Assembly: GCA_019057375.1 (NCBI GenBank)
Contig: DXJF01000104.1
Coordinates: 1 to 64,000, forward strand
Direction: 5' to 3'
DNA length: 64,000 nucleotides
Source of the DNA: Candidatus Heimdallarchaeota archaeon
Lineage (GTDB): Archaea; Asgardarchaeota; Heimdallarchaeia; Heimdallarchaeales; Heimdallarchaeaceae
Shown: positions 19,099 through 29,396 of the stretch, one piece after another
Layout: each line of letters starts with the position of its first letter
How positions within the stretch are numbered: the stretch's first letter is position 1
Position numbers and translations under genes: made by a program
The notes under the pieces: generated by a model
The model's database searches: none
The model's input: the letters and a program-made list of their open reading frames with translations, nothing else
What the model was told of the DNA's origin: nothing

Positions 19099-20466
19099 TT
19101 ATGTTATGCTCATATCTAAAGCTAGAAATGCATGAGAATCAGAAATAGACCAGTAAACAGGAGGAAGTGGATAGCCATATAGAGGATACATCCAATAATT
19201 TGTCCCTACTATAGCCATAGTTCCATAACCAGCTACATTTAGATATAGAAACTCATCATCTAGTGGTGGGAATTCAGATTTCGCAATTTTGAACTCAAAA
19301 ATTCTATGATCTTCTGCACAATTTTCACTAGAACCATAAGTATATGCAATATCATAGTTTCCAGAAGCGACAGTGTTACCAACTATTGACGCTATGTCAC
19401 CCCCTGTGATTTTGAGTGAAAGTTTATCGATTTGGAGCTCATAGGCAGTTGGAACTACATCTGGATCATTCCAGCAGTGAATTGTGAAATAGAACATTCC
19501 ATTTGAAGCATTGATATTATTATGATTGATGTCTACTGAACCACTTACTATTGTATCTGCAGCAAAAGATATCTCATTAACATCTGATAGAAATGTAAAA
19601 CTATCACTCATATTTATTGGCATTCCACCGTGTTCTGCAACAGAGCAATAAAACTCATTAGGTACTCCATAGTGTCCTATAGGATTTGAGGTCAAATTAG
19701 ATTTTAATCTATATTCTAAATCCATATCAGTTATACTTGCCATGAATAATCCAACTATTTCATCTGGGATCTTTTCGGTAATATTGACACCAAATTGGAT
19801 ATCTAAGAAGTCTCCTGCTAACCAAGCACCATCTGTCTCATAATAATTCGAAGTTCCAGTGTAGTTCTTGTTATCATATTCTGTCCAGAAGTCATAAAAA
19901 TCTCCAGTTGTATTTCCTCTAAGTACTTCTAATGTATCAGTTTCTGGTACAATCGGGATATCAGGGTAAGCACGTGTGCTAGGAATTGGATTTAAACCAA
20001 AATCGAACACATTATCACCACTTACATTATAGTATAAATATTCATATCCATAATCTTCTAATGCAAAGAAAGCGAGTTTCGATCCCCACGTATCAGGTAA
20101 ACGATTTGCTAAGTGAAAGGCGAGCCATTCACCGTCTTGATTATCCGTTCGATCAGAACACAAGTCTAATGCAATATAGTAGAAATCATCATCTTCCGCT
20201 ACCGAAAGGTAATTCCATCCATCTACATTTGCTTTGTCTACGACCGGATCAATTTCATTGTCTACGTCTAAATAAAATGGGATATTGTAATAACTACTAC
20301 GTAACCATTCTCTTTTCTCAATGATACCATCAATTGTTGGTGTTAATTGAGTTGGGTCTGTGTTAATCATCCAGTTGTTTCCCATGAGATAGCCCACAAA
20401 AAAAGCACCACCACCAATTGCTAGAGCAAGGAAAACGGCTGTTATTGTAATTGAACTTTTTGCCAT
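19099..20466 (-). CDS. Membrane-anchored extracellular hypothetical protein
   Basis: N-terminal TM helix, long acidic beta-rich body. Confidence 0.75.
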   Translation of the reverse strand: MAKSSITITAVFLALAIGGGAFFVGYLMGNNWMINTDPTQLTPTIDGIIEKREWLRSSYYNIPFYLDVDNEIDPVVDKANVDGWNYLSVAEDDDFYYIALDLCSDRTDNQDGEWLAFHLANRLPDTWGSKLAFFALEDYGYEYLYYNVSGDNVFDFGLNPIPSTRAYPDIPIVPETDTLEVLRGNTTGDFYDFWTEYDNKNYTGTSNYYETDGAWLAGDFLDIQFGVNITEKIPDEIVGLFMASITDMDLEYRLKSNLTSNPIGHYGVPNEFYCSVAEHGGMPINMSDSFTFLSDVNEISFAADTIVSGSVDINHNNINASNGMFYFTIHCWNDPDVVPTAYELQIDKLSLKITGGDIASIVGNTVASGNYDIAYTYGSSENCAEDHRIFEFKIAKSEFPPLDDEFLYLNVAGYGTMAIVGTNYWMYPLYGYPLPPVYWSISDSHAFLALDMSIT

Positions 20467-20610
20467 ATTTTTCGACCTTTTTTTTATTTTTAACCTTTTA
20501 AAATTGTAAAAAGTAGTATACCATTAGCGTGAGAGAGGATATATACTTTTCCCAGAATTCTAAGCAATAAGATACGAAAGTTAAAAAATTGGAGAAATAA
20601 AATAACTTTA

Positions 20611-21300
20611 ATGAAGAAAATAGGTATAATAGGCGGATTGAGTGCTGAATCTACAATAGAGTACTATATGATATTAATTAAAGAATATAACAAGCGAAAA
20701 GGGGGAGCGTCTTCACCTCTACTCATAATCGATAGTTTAGATTTAGAAGAAGTTGTTAATTTAATGAAAAATGACGATTGGGACGGAGTTTTTAATATCA
20801 TTTTCCAATCTGCTAAAAATCTAGAACAAGCAGGAGCAGAAGTTATTATCATTGCAACCAACACCATTCACAAAGTTTTTGATAGATTACAAAAGAAAAT
20901 CAAAACCCCGATGATTAGTATATTGGATGTAACTGCAGAAGCTGCTAAAAAACAAGGTCTTAAGAAAGTAGGTCTATTGGGGACAATTTTCACAATGCAA
21001 TCAGATTTCTTTCAAAAAGCATTCCAAAGATATAATCAAGAAATTATTGTACCTAACCAAGAAGATCAAGAATTAATTAATGAAATCATTTTCAACGAAC
21101 TGACGTTTAATATAATAAAGTCTGAATCTAAAAGAGGATATCTAGAAGTAATTGAAAGATTACAGCAAGAAGGAGCTGAAGGAGTTATCCTAGGATGTAC
21201 TGAAATCCCCTTATTAATTAAGCAGGAAGACAGTCCTATACCTGTATTTGACACAACCACCCTTCATACAATGGCTGCCCTTGAATATGCAATGAAGTAA
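20611..21300 (+). CDS. Aspartate/glutamate racemase family protein
   Basis: IGIIGGLSAESTIEYY, ATNTIH, ILGCTEIP motifs. Confidence 0.9.
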   Translation: MKKIGIIGGLSAESTIEYYMILIKEYNKRKGGASSPLLIIDSLDLEEVVNLMKNDDWDGVFNIIFQSAKNLEQAGAEVIIIATNTIHKVFDRLQKKIKTPMISILDVTAEAAKKQGLKKVGLLGTIFTMQSDFFQKAFQRYNQEIIVPNQEDQELINEIIFNELTFNIIKSESKRGYLEVIERLQQEGAEGVILGCTEIPLLIKQEDSPIPVFDTTTLHTMAALEYAMK

Positions 21301-21424
21301 GATTTTCTTTCAAATACATTTATCTGACATATTTTTTTTACGACTAAAACAAGATATAAATACATTTCAACTCTCTGTAGATTACTTATAGTGAAATCTC
21401 TACTTAGGGATAACTCAAAATGAC

Positions 21425-21829
21425 ATGGTGAACATAATGACTGCTGAAACTGTGGAGTTGAAATTTGATCAAGAAGAGATAGATAAAGCTGAGGAAGAAT
21501 ACAAGAAGCTTCATCTAGATCCTGCTCAACAAGACATGGTTGACTCCATAACAAAAATCATGAATGAACTGGTGCCAATACCTGAAGCAGCTATTAAGGG
21601 ATTCACATGGAAAGTCATGAGTAATTGGCAGAGGATGCGTAGAATTACTATAGCTGAGTTAAATAATAGACCTCTAAGAGATAGAATAGAGGTAACCAAA
21701 GAGATGATTAAGCAAGCAAAGAAATTTTTTGTTAGTCTTCTTTCAGAATCTACACCTGAGCAGAGAGAGATACTGGAAAAAAAGTTTGATACGGTTTTAA
21801 AACAAAGCTCAGAGTTATTGAAAAATTAG
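21425..21829 (+). CDS. Hypothetical helical protein
   Basis: 134-aa ORF filling the gap; stop overlaps the convergent TPR gene. Confidence 0.7.
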   Translation: MVNIMTAETVELKFDQEEIDKAEEEYKKLHLDPAQQDMVDSITKIMNELVPIPEAAIKGFTWKVMSNWQRMRRITIAELNNRPLRDRIEVTKEMIKQAKKFFVSLLSESTPEQREILEKKFDTVLKQSSELLKN

Positions 21830-23592
21830 ACAAAGATTGATTCTAAATAATCAGATAATCTTGTTCTGTCAGACAAACTCAGTTCTTGATTGGAGTTTAT
21901 TTTTGTGCTTAAATCTCCCCAGATTTCTGAAAATGTGCTAAAATCAGTGATAAGCTTCTTTATTTTCTGTACAGCAGAATAAGATTTACCAACAAAAACA
22001 TAACTAAGTAGCATATCTTCACTTTGATAAAGAGCAATACCAAAATTCCTAAATTGAAGACGATGAGAAGTGTTTTTATCAGGTTTTTTTTCTTCTAGAA
22101 AGTCATGTATTGTAGTTATAATCCCCTCAACTAAATCATTTTCTAGAGCAATAACTTTGAAATTATCAGAAAAGACAACATGACCAGTTTTGTCCATAAT
22201 CAAGAAAATATTTGGATCTTCATTTTCATGAGAAACATCTGCAAAATTTTGAGCTTTTTCTAGCATTATTTTTGCTTCTTCAATTTTAAGTTCTATTAGC
22301 GATAAGTGGGATTTGAGCATATAGGTTTCAGCGAGTAGGATTGATGATTTCTGAGTTTCAGCTAATTTATCTAATTGGTCTAGAGTCGCCCTAAGAGATT
22401 CAAATAGAGTTAAATCATTAGTTTCTTTCAATCTTTTTAAATAAAAATCACACAGGTGAAACAAAGCCAAACTGTTCATTTCAATATAGAAGAACTTCTC
22501 TTGAACTACATCTTTCAACATTAGTTCTATTTCACCTTGATTTTCTTCTAATGAATCAGTCTTTAGAATAATAGATTGAGCTAATTTGTAGATACTCATA
22601 AAGGAATATCTTTCTTCGCTTTCATCTTGAAGACTTCTCAATGTTGCTACTATTTCTATTTTTTCTAATATCTGTTTTGCTTCTTCTATCTTACCTAGTT
22701 CTAGATACACTAAAATTAATCTAAAATTAACAGCAGGATAATGTATATGTCCAAGATGTTTTCCTCTTTTTATTTGCTCTATACTCTTATTATAATACTG
22801 GAGAGAAGCAGCTAAATCCCCTTTCTGCCAATAAAAGAATCCCAGATCAGCATAAATAGCTCCTAGCATATAGGGGGCATCAATTTCCTCAGCAATGGAT
22901 AAAGCTTTCAAAGAATATCCCAAAGCTGTATTCAATTCCCCTTTTTGCAAATAAATTGCAGCAATATTAGTAGTACATGCTGCCTGTCCTACAATATTAC
23001 CAATTTTGGTGAAAAGCTTCAAACCTTCATCATAGTATTTACCAGCCTGTGCATATTTGGCAGTCTTCCAGTATGTACTAGAAATAGTAAAAAGTAAACA
23101 AGCTTTTTCATAATCATCTCCGATTTGATCTAAAATAGATAAAGATTGCTTTAGGCGCTCTAAATAGGTTTCTACATCTTCTCCAAGTCTGAATTGTAAT
23201 ACAATAGCTTTTTGTTTCAGATATTCTTTAGTTTCTTGTATTTCTGAATCTTCAAAAACCTTTTTCGCTTGGTGAACCTTCTCAAGAGCTGAATTTAAGA
23301 AACCTAGAATATTTAGAGTACGAGCATAATGTCTAGCTGAATCAAAAATTAGAAACTTATTCCCAAGTTTTACACTTTCATCATATGCTTGTTTAGCATT
23401 TTCTAATGCCTCAGAGAAGGGTTGAATATCAAGAAATATCCTTGTTTTGAGGATTTTTGCTTGAATGATTTCTTCTTCAAGAAGTTCATTTCTTTTCAGA
23501 AGATTATCCAATCGTTTCAAAGCTTCTTGAAATTTACTGGTAACAAATAATTGTTCTATTTCTTTTAACTCAGTAGAAAATACTCCTTTCAT
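21826..23592 (-). CDS. TPR-repeat protein with C-terminal longin/roadblock-like domain (paralog with internal deletion)
   Basis: Aligns end to end with 14670-16601 except for a missing block before the C-terminal domain. Confidence 0.75.
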   Translation of the reverse strand: MKGVFSTELKEIEQLFVTSKFQEALKRLDNLLKRNELLEEEIIQAKILKTRIFLDIQPFSEALENAKQAYDESVKLGNKFLIFDSARHYARTLNILGFLNSALEKVHQAKKVFEDSEIQETKEYLKQKAIVLQFRLGEDVETYLERLKQSLSILDQIGDDYEKACLLFTISSTYWKTAKYAQAGKYYDEGLKLFTKIGNIVGQAACTTNIAAIYLQKGELNTALGYSLKALSIAEEIDAPYMLGAIYADLGFFYWQKGDLAASLQYYNKSIEQIKRGKHLGHIHYPAVNFRLILVYLELGKIEEAKQILEKIEIVATLRSLQDESEERYSFMSIYKLAQSIILKTDSLEENQGEIELMLKDVVQEKFFYIEMNSLALFHLCDFYLKRLKETNDLTLFESLRATLDQLDKLAETQKSSILLAETYMLKSHLSLIELKIEEAKIMLEKAQNFADVSHENEDPNIFLIMDKTGHVVFSDNFKVIALENDLVEGIITTIHDFLEEKKPDKNTSHRLQFRNFGIALYQSEDMLLSYVFVGKSYSAVQKIKKLITDFSTFSEIWGDLSTKINSNQELSLSDRTRLSDYLESIFV

Positions 23593-23734
23593 GTACTCAC
23601 TTTATAATCTCAAATTGCTTATAATAGAACTTTACTTCTTAAGAGTTTTATGTAAAATTCAAGAATCTTAATGGATGTGTTCATGAAAAAGATTAAAACT
23701 AAATCAATAGATTTTTCTTCATAGGGTATTTACA

Positions 23735-25198
23735 ATGACAAATTCCACCAACATAATTCACTGGCTTGATGCAAATCAACAAAGATTTATAGATATTTCT
23801 GATAAAATCTGGGATTTTGCGGAAATTCGCTTTGAAGAAGTCAAATCTGCTAAGCTACAAATTGAGGTTTTGGAAGAAGAAGGTTTTGAAGTTACTAAAG
23901 GTGTAGCAGATATGCCCACAGCTTTTGTTGCTTCTTATGGAAATGAAGGACTCATTATAGCTGTTTTAGGTGAATATGATGCATTATCAGGTTTAAGTCA
24001 AAAAGCAGGAGTATTTGAAAAAACTCCTGTGGAAGAAGGAGCTAGTGGTCATGGATGTAGTCATAACCTACTGGGTGCCGGTAGTTTAGCAGCTGCGATT
24101 GCTGTAAAAAACTATCTTGAATCTCATAAAATTCCAGGTATCATTCAATATTATGGGTGCCCCGGAGAAGAAGGTGGCTCAGGCAAAACTTACATGGTTA
24201 GAGAAGGATTATTCGATGATGTTGATATTGCTCTATGTTGGCATCCCTTTAGTACAAACTTCATATTCAATTTATCTAGTTTATCTAATATTCAAGTATA
24301 TTTTCGTTTTAAGGGGATAAGTGCTCATGCAGCAGCAGCAGCACCTCATATGGGTCGATCGGCTCTGGATGCTGTTGAACTCATGAATATAGGTGCGAAC
24401 TACTTACGAGAGCATATTATAACTCAGGCTAGATTGCATTACGCTATCACAAATACAGGAGGAAATGCGCCTAATGTAGTCCAAGCAGATGCCGAAGTAT
24501 TGTATTTAATTCGTGCTCCGACTTCTTCACAAACAAAAGAAATTTACGAAAGGGTGAAAAAAATAGCTAAAGGAGCAGCATTAATGACAGAAACTGAAGT
24601 TGAGATAATCTTCGATAAAGCTGCATCTAATCTTATACCAAATGATGTTGTAGGTGATGTGCTATTTGAGAAATTCAAAGAAGTGGGAGCCCCCCAATAT
24701 ACAGAAGAAGAAATAGAATTCGGTAAGAAACTTCGACAAACCTTCAATAAAGGAGAACTGCCTGAACTAAACAGATTTAGAGCATTTAGAAAAGAACTGG
24801 GAGAAGATATGATTGAAAAAATCAAAAATAAAATCATCTTTGATGATATCCTCCCAAATGTATTACCAGAGTTTACTTTTCCTGGATCAACTGATGTAGG
24901 GGATGTAAGCTGGGTAGTACCTACTTCGCAAATAGGAACACCATGTGTGATTTTAGGCACTCCTGGTCATTCTTGGCAAGAGGTAACTCAATGTACAACT
25001 AGTATAAGCCACAAAGGAATGATAGCAGCAGCAAAAGTGATGGCTTTAACAGCATTGGAGTTTATGGAAAATACTGAACTTATTGATAAGGCTAAAGCTG
25101 AATTGAAAAAGAGATTAGGTTCTTCAAAGTATGAGTCTCCAATTGCATCAGTAATAAAACCAAATGTTCCTGAATGGGTTTTTGAAGCAATGAAATAG
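23735..25198 (+). CDS. abgB: M20 amidohydrolase, p-aminobenzoyl-glutamate hydrolase subunit B-like
   Basis: GEYDALSGLSQ, GHGCSHNLLG, GCPGEEGGSGK, GSTDVGDVSWVVP motifs. Confidence 0.85.
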   Translation: MTNSTNIIHWLDANQQRFIDISDKIWDFAEIRFEEVKSAKLQIEVLEEEGFEVTKGVADMPTAFVASYGNEGLIIAVLGEYDALSGLSQKAGVFEKTPVEEGASGHGCSHNLLGAGSLAAAIAVKNYLESHKIPGIIQYYGCPGEEGGSGKTYMVREGLFDDVDIALCWHPFSTNFIFNLSSLSNIQVYFRFKGISAHAAAAAPHMGRSALDAVELMNIGANYLREHIITQARLHYAITNTGGNAPNVVQADAEVLYLIRAPTSSQTKEIYERVKKIAKGAALMTETEVEIIFDKAASNLIPNDVVGDVLFEKFKEVGAPQYTEEEIEFGKKLRQTFNKGELPELNRFRAFRKELGEDMIEKIKNKIIFDDILPNVLPEFTFPGSTDVGDVSWVVPTSQIGTPCVILGTPGHSWQEVTQCTTSISHKGMIAAAKVMALTALEFMENTELIDKAKAELKKRLGSSKYESPIASVIKPNVPEWVFEAMK

Positions 25199-25260
25199 AA
25201 GAAAAAAACCAATAGGGCAATAAGAAACGAAATATAGCTATACTGTTTGATGTACATCCT

Positions 25261-25548
25261 CTAGGGAGTTAATTGTTTAATAACATCAAAGATTCTAATT
25301 TCTGGTAATCCTACTAAATCATAAACTTCCTTAATGCTTTTTGCTAATTCGGAGGTTCGAAAATTATTCAGATTGCTCTCACTATCAAAGAACATAATGC
25401 TTCCATATTGATTTATTCGTTCATCTTTCATATAGACAATCTGTGTTAATCCTGTTACATCCTTGTATTGACTTTCCCTAGACTCAGCTAATTTCATTAT
25501 CTCATCAAATGACATATTACTTCTAAAATGAAAACTAAGCACTTTCAT
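25261..25548 (-). CDS. YdhR-like/ABM-like small protein
   Basis: GLTQIVYMKDE...YGSIMFFDS pattern; family is inference. Confidence 0.55.
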   Translation of the reverse strand: MKVLSFHFRSNMSFDEIMKLAESRESQYKDVTGLTQIVYMKDERINQYGSIMFFDSESNLNNFRTSELAKSIKEVYDLVGLPEIRIFDVIKQLTP

Positions 25549-25652
25549 AAAGAGACTTAGTTCGTTTTTTCTTTTTAATGTAGTTATTCACCAAAAAAGG
25601 TAATTTTGTTAATCCACAACACTCATAATTTGTGACTGGGGGAATTATCAAG

Positions 25653-25865
25653 ATGAGTGAACAGACTAAATTACTAAAAACATGTTGTGGAGGAGATCTA
25701 CCATCAAAAGAGGTCACAACGATCCATAAAGGTAAGAAATTGTATTTTTGCGATACACCTTGTTTAGATCTCTTCATAAAGAATCCTGAAAGGTTTTTGG
25801 CTTCGACTCATTTTCGTCTTAATTTTGAAGAACTAGAAGATGAGCAAAGCAAGTTTACTAACTGA
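25653..25865 (+). CDS. YHS/TRASH-domain metal-binding microprotein
   Basis: CCGG...HKGKKLYFCDTPCLDLFIKNPERF. Confidence 0.75.
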   Translation: MSEQTKLLKTCCGGDLPSKEVTTIHKGKKLYFCDTPCLDLFIKNPERFLASTHFRLNFEELEDEQSKFTN

Positions 25866-25898
25866 AGAAATTTTATCAATATAGAAAGAAAAAGAAGA

Positions 25899-27188
25899 TC
25901 ATCCATAAATTGATGTATCTGCGAATGTTTCAGGATAGTCTTCGTCTTCGAAATCTTCTGGTTTCTGACTTGGTGAAGGTTTCTGATCTGGTAAAGATTT
26001 AGTCTTAGGATATCGACCATGTCTTTCACGATCTTGTTCTCTTTCTTGTTTGTACAAGTAATATCTTCTGATATCTTTCTTCATGAACATCTCAATACGT
26101 CTAATCATATTTCTTTCTTCGTGATCTATTAGAGAGATTGCGACACCAGCTCTTTCCATCCTTGAAGTTCTTCCTATTCTATGAATATAATTTTCGGGAT
26201 TTCCAATAGGTAGATCATAATTGAAGATATGAGAAACATGAGGTATGTCTAATCCTCTTGCTGCAACATCTGTCGCAATAAGACAACTGATTTTACCTTT
26301 TCTAAACTCTCGCATAGAAATTTCTCTTTGTCTTTGTGACATATCTCCTTGAAGTGAACCTATTCTCATATGGATTCTTTTATCATTACGCAGTTTCTGC
26401 TCTAGGTTTGTACCCCATCTTTTGGTATTAACAAAAACAATACTTGATTTTGGCTTTTCTCTTAATAGAATATTAACAAAGGAGTTGTATTTTTTCTTAG
26501 GATCCGGTACTTCATAGTAATATTGCTTGCAAGAACCTACAGTTAGATCATCTCTACTAACATCAATCTCAACAATGTTCTCTTCTAAACTATAATCAAG
26601 CATTATGTCTTTTACTTCTGGTAGCATAGTAGCTGAAAACAGAAGAAATCTAGGGTAGATGTCTTTCATAGCTTCAAATAAAATGTAATTAACATCAGGA
26701 AGGAAGCCCATATCGAGCATACGATCAGCCTCGTCAAGTACTACATATTTTACTTCTTTGAAAGAAATTGCTTTTCTGTTGAATAAATCTATCAGTCTTC
26801 CAGGTGTAGCTACAACAATTTGAGCTCCTGAGCGGATATTTTCTATTTGTCTATTTATGGATACTCCTCCATAAACCTCAACAGCTTTTAATCTTCTATG
26901 TCTATTCAGTTTGGATATTACTGTATAAACTTGTTTACATAATTCTCTAGTAGGAACTAGAATAACTGCTTGAATTTTTCTTAGTGTGGGGTCGAGTTCT
27001 TCGGTAATTGGTATAGCGAAAGCTAATGTCTTTCCTGTACCTGTTTTAGCTTGCGATAAAATATGTGTTTTTTCTCCCTTAAGAATCTCAGGGATAGCTT
27101 TTTCTTGAATTTCTGTTGGGGTATGAATTCCCATTTCTTGTAAAGCTTGTTTTATTTGGTCATTAATCTTGTAATCTTTAAATTTCAT
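25899..27188 (-). CDS. DEAD-box RNA helicase (paralog 2)
   Basis: AKTGTGKT, PTREL, DEAD, SAT, ARGLD, HRIGRTSR. Confidence 0.95.
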   Translation of the reverse strand: MKFKDYKINDQIKQALQEMGIHTPTEIQEKAIPEILKGEKTHILSQAKTGTGKTLAFAIPITEELDPTLRKIQAVILVPTRELCKQVYTVISKLNRHRRLKAVEVYGGVSINRQIENIRSGAQIVVATPGRLIDLFNRKAISFKEVKYVVLDEADRMLDMGFLPDVNYILFEAMKDIYPRFLLFSATMLPEVKDIMLDYSLEENIVEIDVSRDDLTVGSCKQYYYEVPDPKKKYNSFVNILLREKPKSSIVFVNTKRWGTNLEQKLRNDKRIHMRIGSLQGDMSQRQREISMREFRKGKISCLIATDVAARGLDIPHVSHIFNYDLPIGNPENYIHRIGRTSRMERAGVAISLIDHEERNMIRRIEMFMKKDIRRYYLYKQEREQDRERHGRYPKTKSLPDQKPSPSQKPEDFEDEDYPETFADTSIYG

Positions 27189-27301
27189 TAGTATCATTCG
27201 TGTATCTTTTTAATCAAACTAGGTATCATTGTGACGAATGTTTTCGCTTCAAATTTTTTCATAGTTTTAATTGCTGAAAAAGATAGGTGTTCTATTTTCT
27301 T

Positions 27302-27349
27302 ATCTTCCTCAACTCTAAGCTACTTAATTTTTCTAGCTTTAAAAGACTT
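27302..27349 (-). promoter_or_regulatory. Promoter and putative transcript 5' end of DEAD-box gene 2
   Basis: AAGTCTTTTAAAGC-N21-AGTTGAGGAAGAT, same as 7848-7895. Confidence 0.7.
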
Positions 27350-27440
27350 TGTTATTGCAACTTTAAGAGCTAAACCTTCTAATAATGAAATTTACCAGAA
27401 TGGAGAAATTTAGGAGAAAGAAAGAGGTCACTACATAATA

Positions 27441-27471
27441 CTTATAATTTGTACAGTATTCCAAGTACAAA
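27441..27471 (+). promoter_or_regulatory. TATA box (CTTATAAT) followed by palindrome TTTGTAC-N10-GTACAAA upstream of paralog 4
   Basis: Perfect 7-bp inverted repeat at 27448-27471. Confidence 0.55.
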
Positions 27472-27485
27472 AAGTTGAATGAAGA

Positions 27486-27848
27486 ATGCCAGATATACCA
27501 AATAAAGAAAAACAAGAGATCAGAATATTGGCAGAGGATTTCAGTTGTTTAATTGCAACCCTTTCATTCAAAAAAGGTTCTTATATCTTCTATGAAGTTT
27601 TCAAGTCTCTCTATAGTAGATCAGCTAGATGGAGATATTGTTTGATTTGTGGTAATATAGATTTACCTAAGGATTTTATCCATAAGGATCAAAACTACCC
27701 CCAAGTATCTTGTCACAAAATCCAGTCACTAATACCAACTTCTTGGATGAAACTAAGAGATCTCTTCATTAAAGGTAATTATAAGAAACTCCTTAAAGCA
27801 ATGGGGGTTCAAAATGTAGAAAAAAAGACAACCAGTGTCTCTAATTAA
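27486..27848 (+). CDS. CxxC-type putative zinc-finger protein, paralog 4 (divergent second ligand pair)
   Basis: MPDIP...ARWRYCLICG...SCHK...IPTSWMKLRDLF. Confidence 0.75.
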   Translation: MPDIPNKEKQEIRILAEDFSCLIATLSFKKGSYIFYEVFKSLYSRSARWRYCLICGNIDLPKDFIHKDQNYPQVSCHKIQSLIPTSWMKLRDLFIKGNYKKLLKAMGVQNVEKKTTSVSN

Positions 27849-27875
27849 ATAAAGTGTGAGAATATTCCTTTAGAT

Positions 27876-28352
27876 TTAGGATGTCTCCCCAATTTTTATT
27901 GCTTCAGGCAATTTGTTTTCTTCTGCAACTGCGAATATTTCTCGTATAATTGGTATCTGACCTGGTTTGTCTGTTACTCCAGCATTTTCTAGAGCTCGTA
28001 TATGCTTCTTTGACATAAAGAAGTCCCGCAGTTTATACCATGATGTAGTAATTAAAACAGGAAAACGATTCGCACCTAAAGTACATTCATGGATTCTCTC
28101 TTTTAATTCAGATTTCTTCTCTTCTGAATACTTATCACTACCAAGCTCTCCATCATCAATCATCAACTCGGTGGGTTCAATAATCCCACACTTAAGACAG
28201 AATTTCCACCTGGCAGATCTAATATACAGTGCTTCAAAAGTTTCTGAATAAACTAATAGCCCTTCATTGAAGGGAGATACCCATAATCCCATTGCATAGC
28301 GTCTTGCAATTGATTTTATAAATGATTTTTCAGCATTAGATATTTTTGGCAT
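27876..28352 (-). CDS. CxxC-HxC putative zinc-finger protein, paralog 5
   Basis: ARWKFCLKCG...HEC...FPVLITTSWYKLRDFF. Confidence 0.8.
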   Translation of the reverse strand: MPKISNAEKSFIKSIARRYAMGLWVSPFNEGLLVYSETFEALYIRSARWKFCLKCGIIEPTELMIDDGELGSDKYSEEKKSELKERIHECTLGANRFPVLITTSWYKLRDFFMSKKHIRALENAGVTDKPGQIPIIREIFAVAEENKLPEAIKIGETS

Positions 28353-28443
28353 ACTACACCCCTTGCCAATATGATTGAATCCATACCGACATATTAAGAT
28401 ATCTCTACAACTCTAAGCTGAAAAAAATTGAAATATATTACAA

Positions 28444-28827
28444 CTAGACTTGAAGCAAACTACCTATGAGGAACAAAATTGCTACAAGTGTTTTAATTAC
28501 GGGACACAACTTCATAGGAATTACTGGAACTCTTGCACCTGTAAAGGATGAAAGAATAGCCATTATTACAAGCATTGCAGAAGAAAACCAGAAAACAATC
28601 TGAGGGATAAGTGTAGTTATATTTCCGAAAATAGTTACAAAGACTACAAGTGTTCCAATAAAGATGAGAGTTATTCCTTCAGCTATCCATTCCATTTTAA
28701 TAATATGCTTATTATCTTTAGATATTTCACCAAATCCTTTAACTATTGATTTAGTTGGAAAGATGTGGGCGATACCCCAAACAATTATCAAACCTGATCC
28801 TATGTAGAGAAGTATGGAATTTATCAA
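28444..28827 (-). CDS. Hypothetical 4-TM membrane protein
   Basis: Four hydrophobic segments, WGIAHIFPT motif. Confidence 0.75.
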   Translation of the reverse strand: MINSILLYIGSGLIIVWGIAHIFPTKSIVKGFGEISKDNKHIIKMEWIAEGITLIFIGTLVVFVTIFGNITTLIPQIVFWFSSAMLVIMAILSSFTGARVPVIPMKLCPVIKTLVAILFLIGSLLQV

Positions 28828-28963
28828 GATTAATCACTTGAATTGGTAGTAGATTTACATTAATAAAAGATTAATGTCTTTTCCTTCTCTTTTTCTTAAG
28901 ACAGTATTAAAATTCAAAAAACATAAAAAAAAATGAAATAAGGACTAATATACAACATGATTC

Positions 28964-29113
28964 TTAAAATGACTGAGATACAGCAGATAAGGAGAGCAAT
29001 CCAATTACGATTAAGACACATATAGGGATAGCATAAGCTAGAAACAGGCCAACATAGTAAATTGCTTTTTCCAGTATAGCTTTTCTTCTTATCTGACTAA
29101 TATTTGAAATCAT
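28964..29113 (-). CDS. 49-aa single-TM microprotein, cassette A (MISNISQIRRKAILEKAIYYVGLFLAYAIPICVLIVIGLLSLSAVSQSF)
   Basis: GAGGTG SD before ATG; same length as and alignable with 30584-30733. Confidence 0.7.
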   Translation of the reverse strand: MISNISQIRRKAILEKAIYYVGLFLAYAIPICVLIVIGLLSLSAVSQSF

Positions 29114-29191
29114 TTTTATTTCACCTCTTTTGTAATCAGCTCCTTAATACTCCACCAGAGGAAGATGGTTATTTACTGATCTTGAATAGGT

Positions 29192-29305
29192 ATCAGGAGA
29201 GCCAGATGAAAACTTACAGCACACGAATATTCATCCAGCTCAGATCCTGATCCGTAGTAGACAAAGGGTCTGTTGTAGTGAGTGTTTCAGCAAGAAACAA
29301 TCAGC
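29192..29305 (-). ncRNA. Putative structured leader/ncRNA, cassette A: 23-nt conserved hairpin + ~30-nt linker + ~19-bp stem-loop
   Basis: GCTGATTGTTTCTTGCTGAAACA at 29283-29305 identical to 30875-30897; ATCAGGA/TCCTGAT, GAGC/GCTC, GATGAA/TTCATC stems at 29192-29251. Confidence 0.5.
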
Positions 29306-29396
29306 GTGTTAGAGATCAACCAGATTAAATGTTGATCAAGATATTATTGTAAGTGCAAGAAGAAGAAGAAAAGTGATTCATTCACTCCTCTAAATC

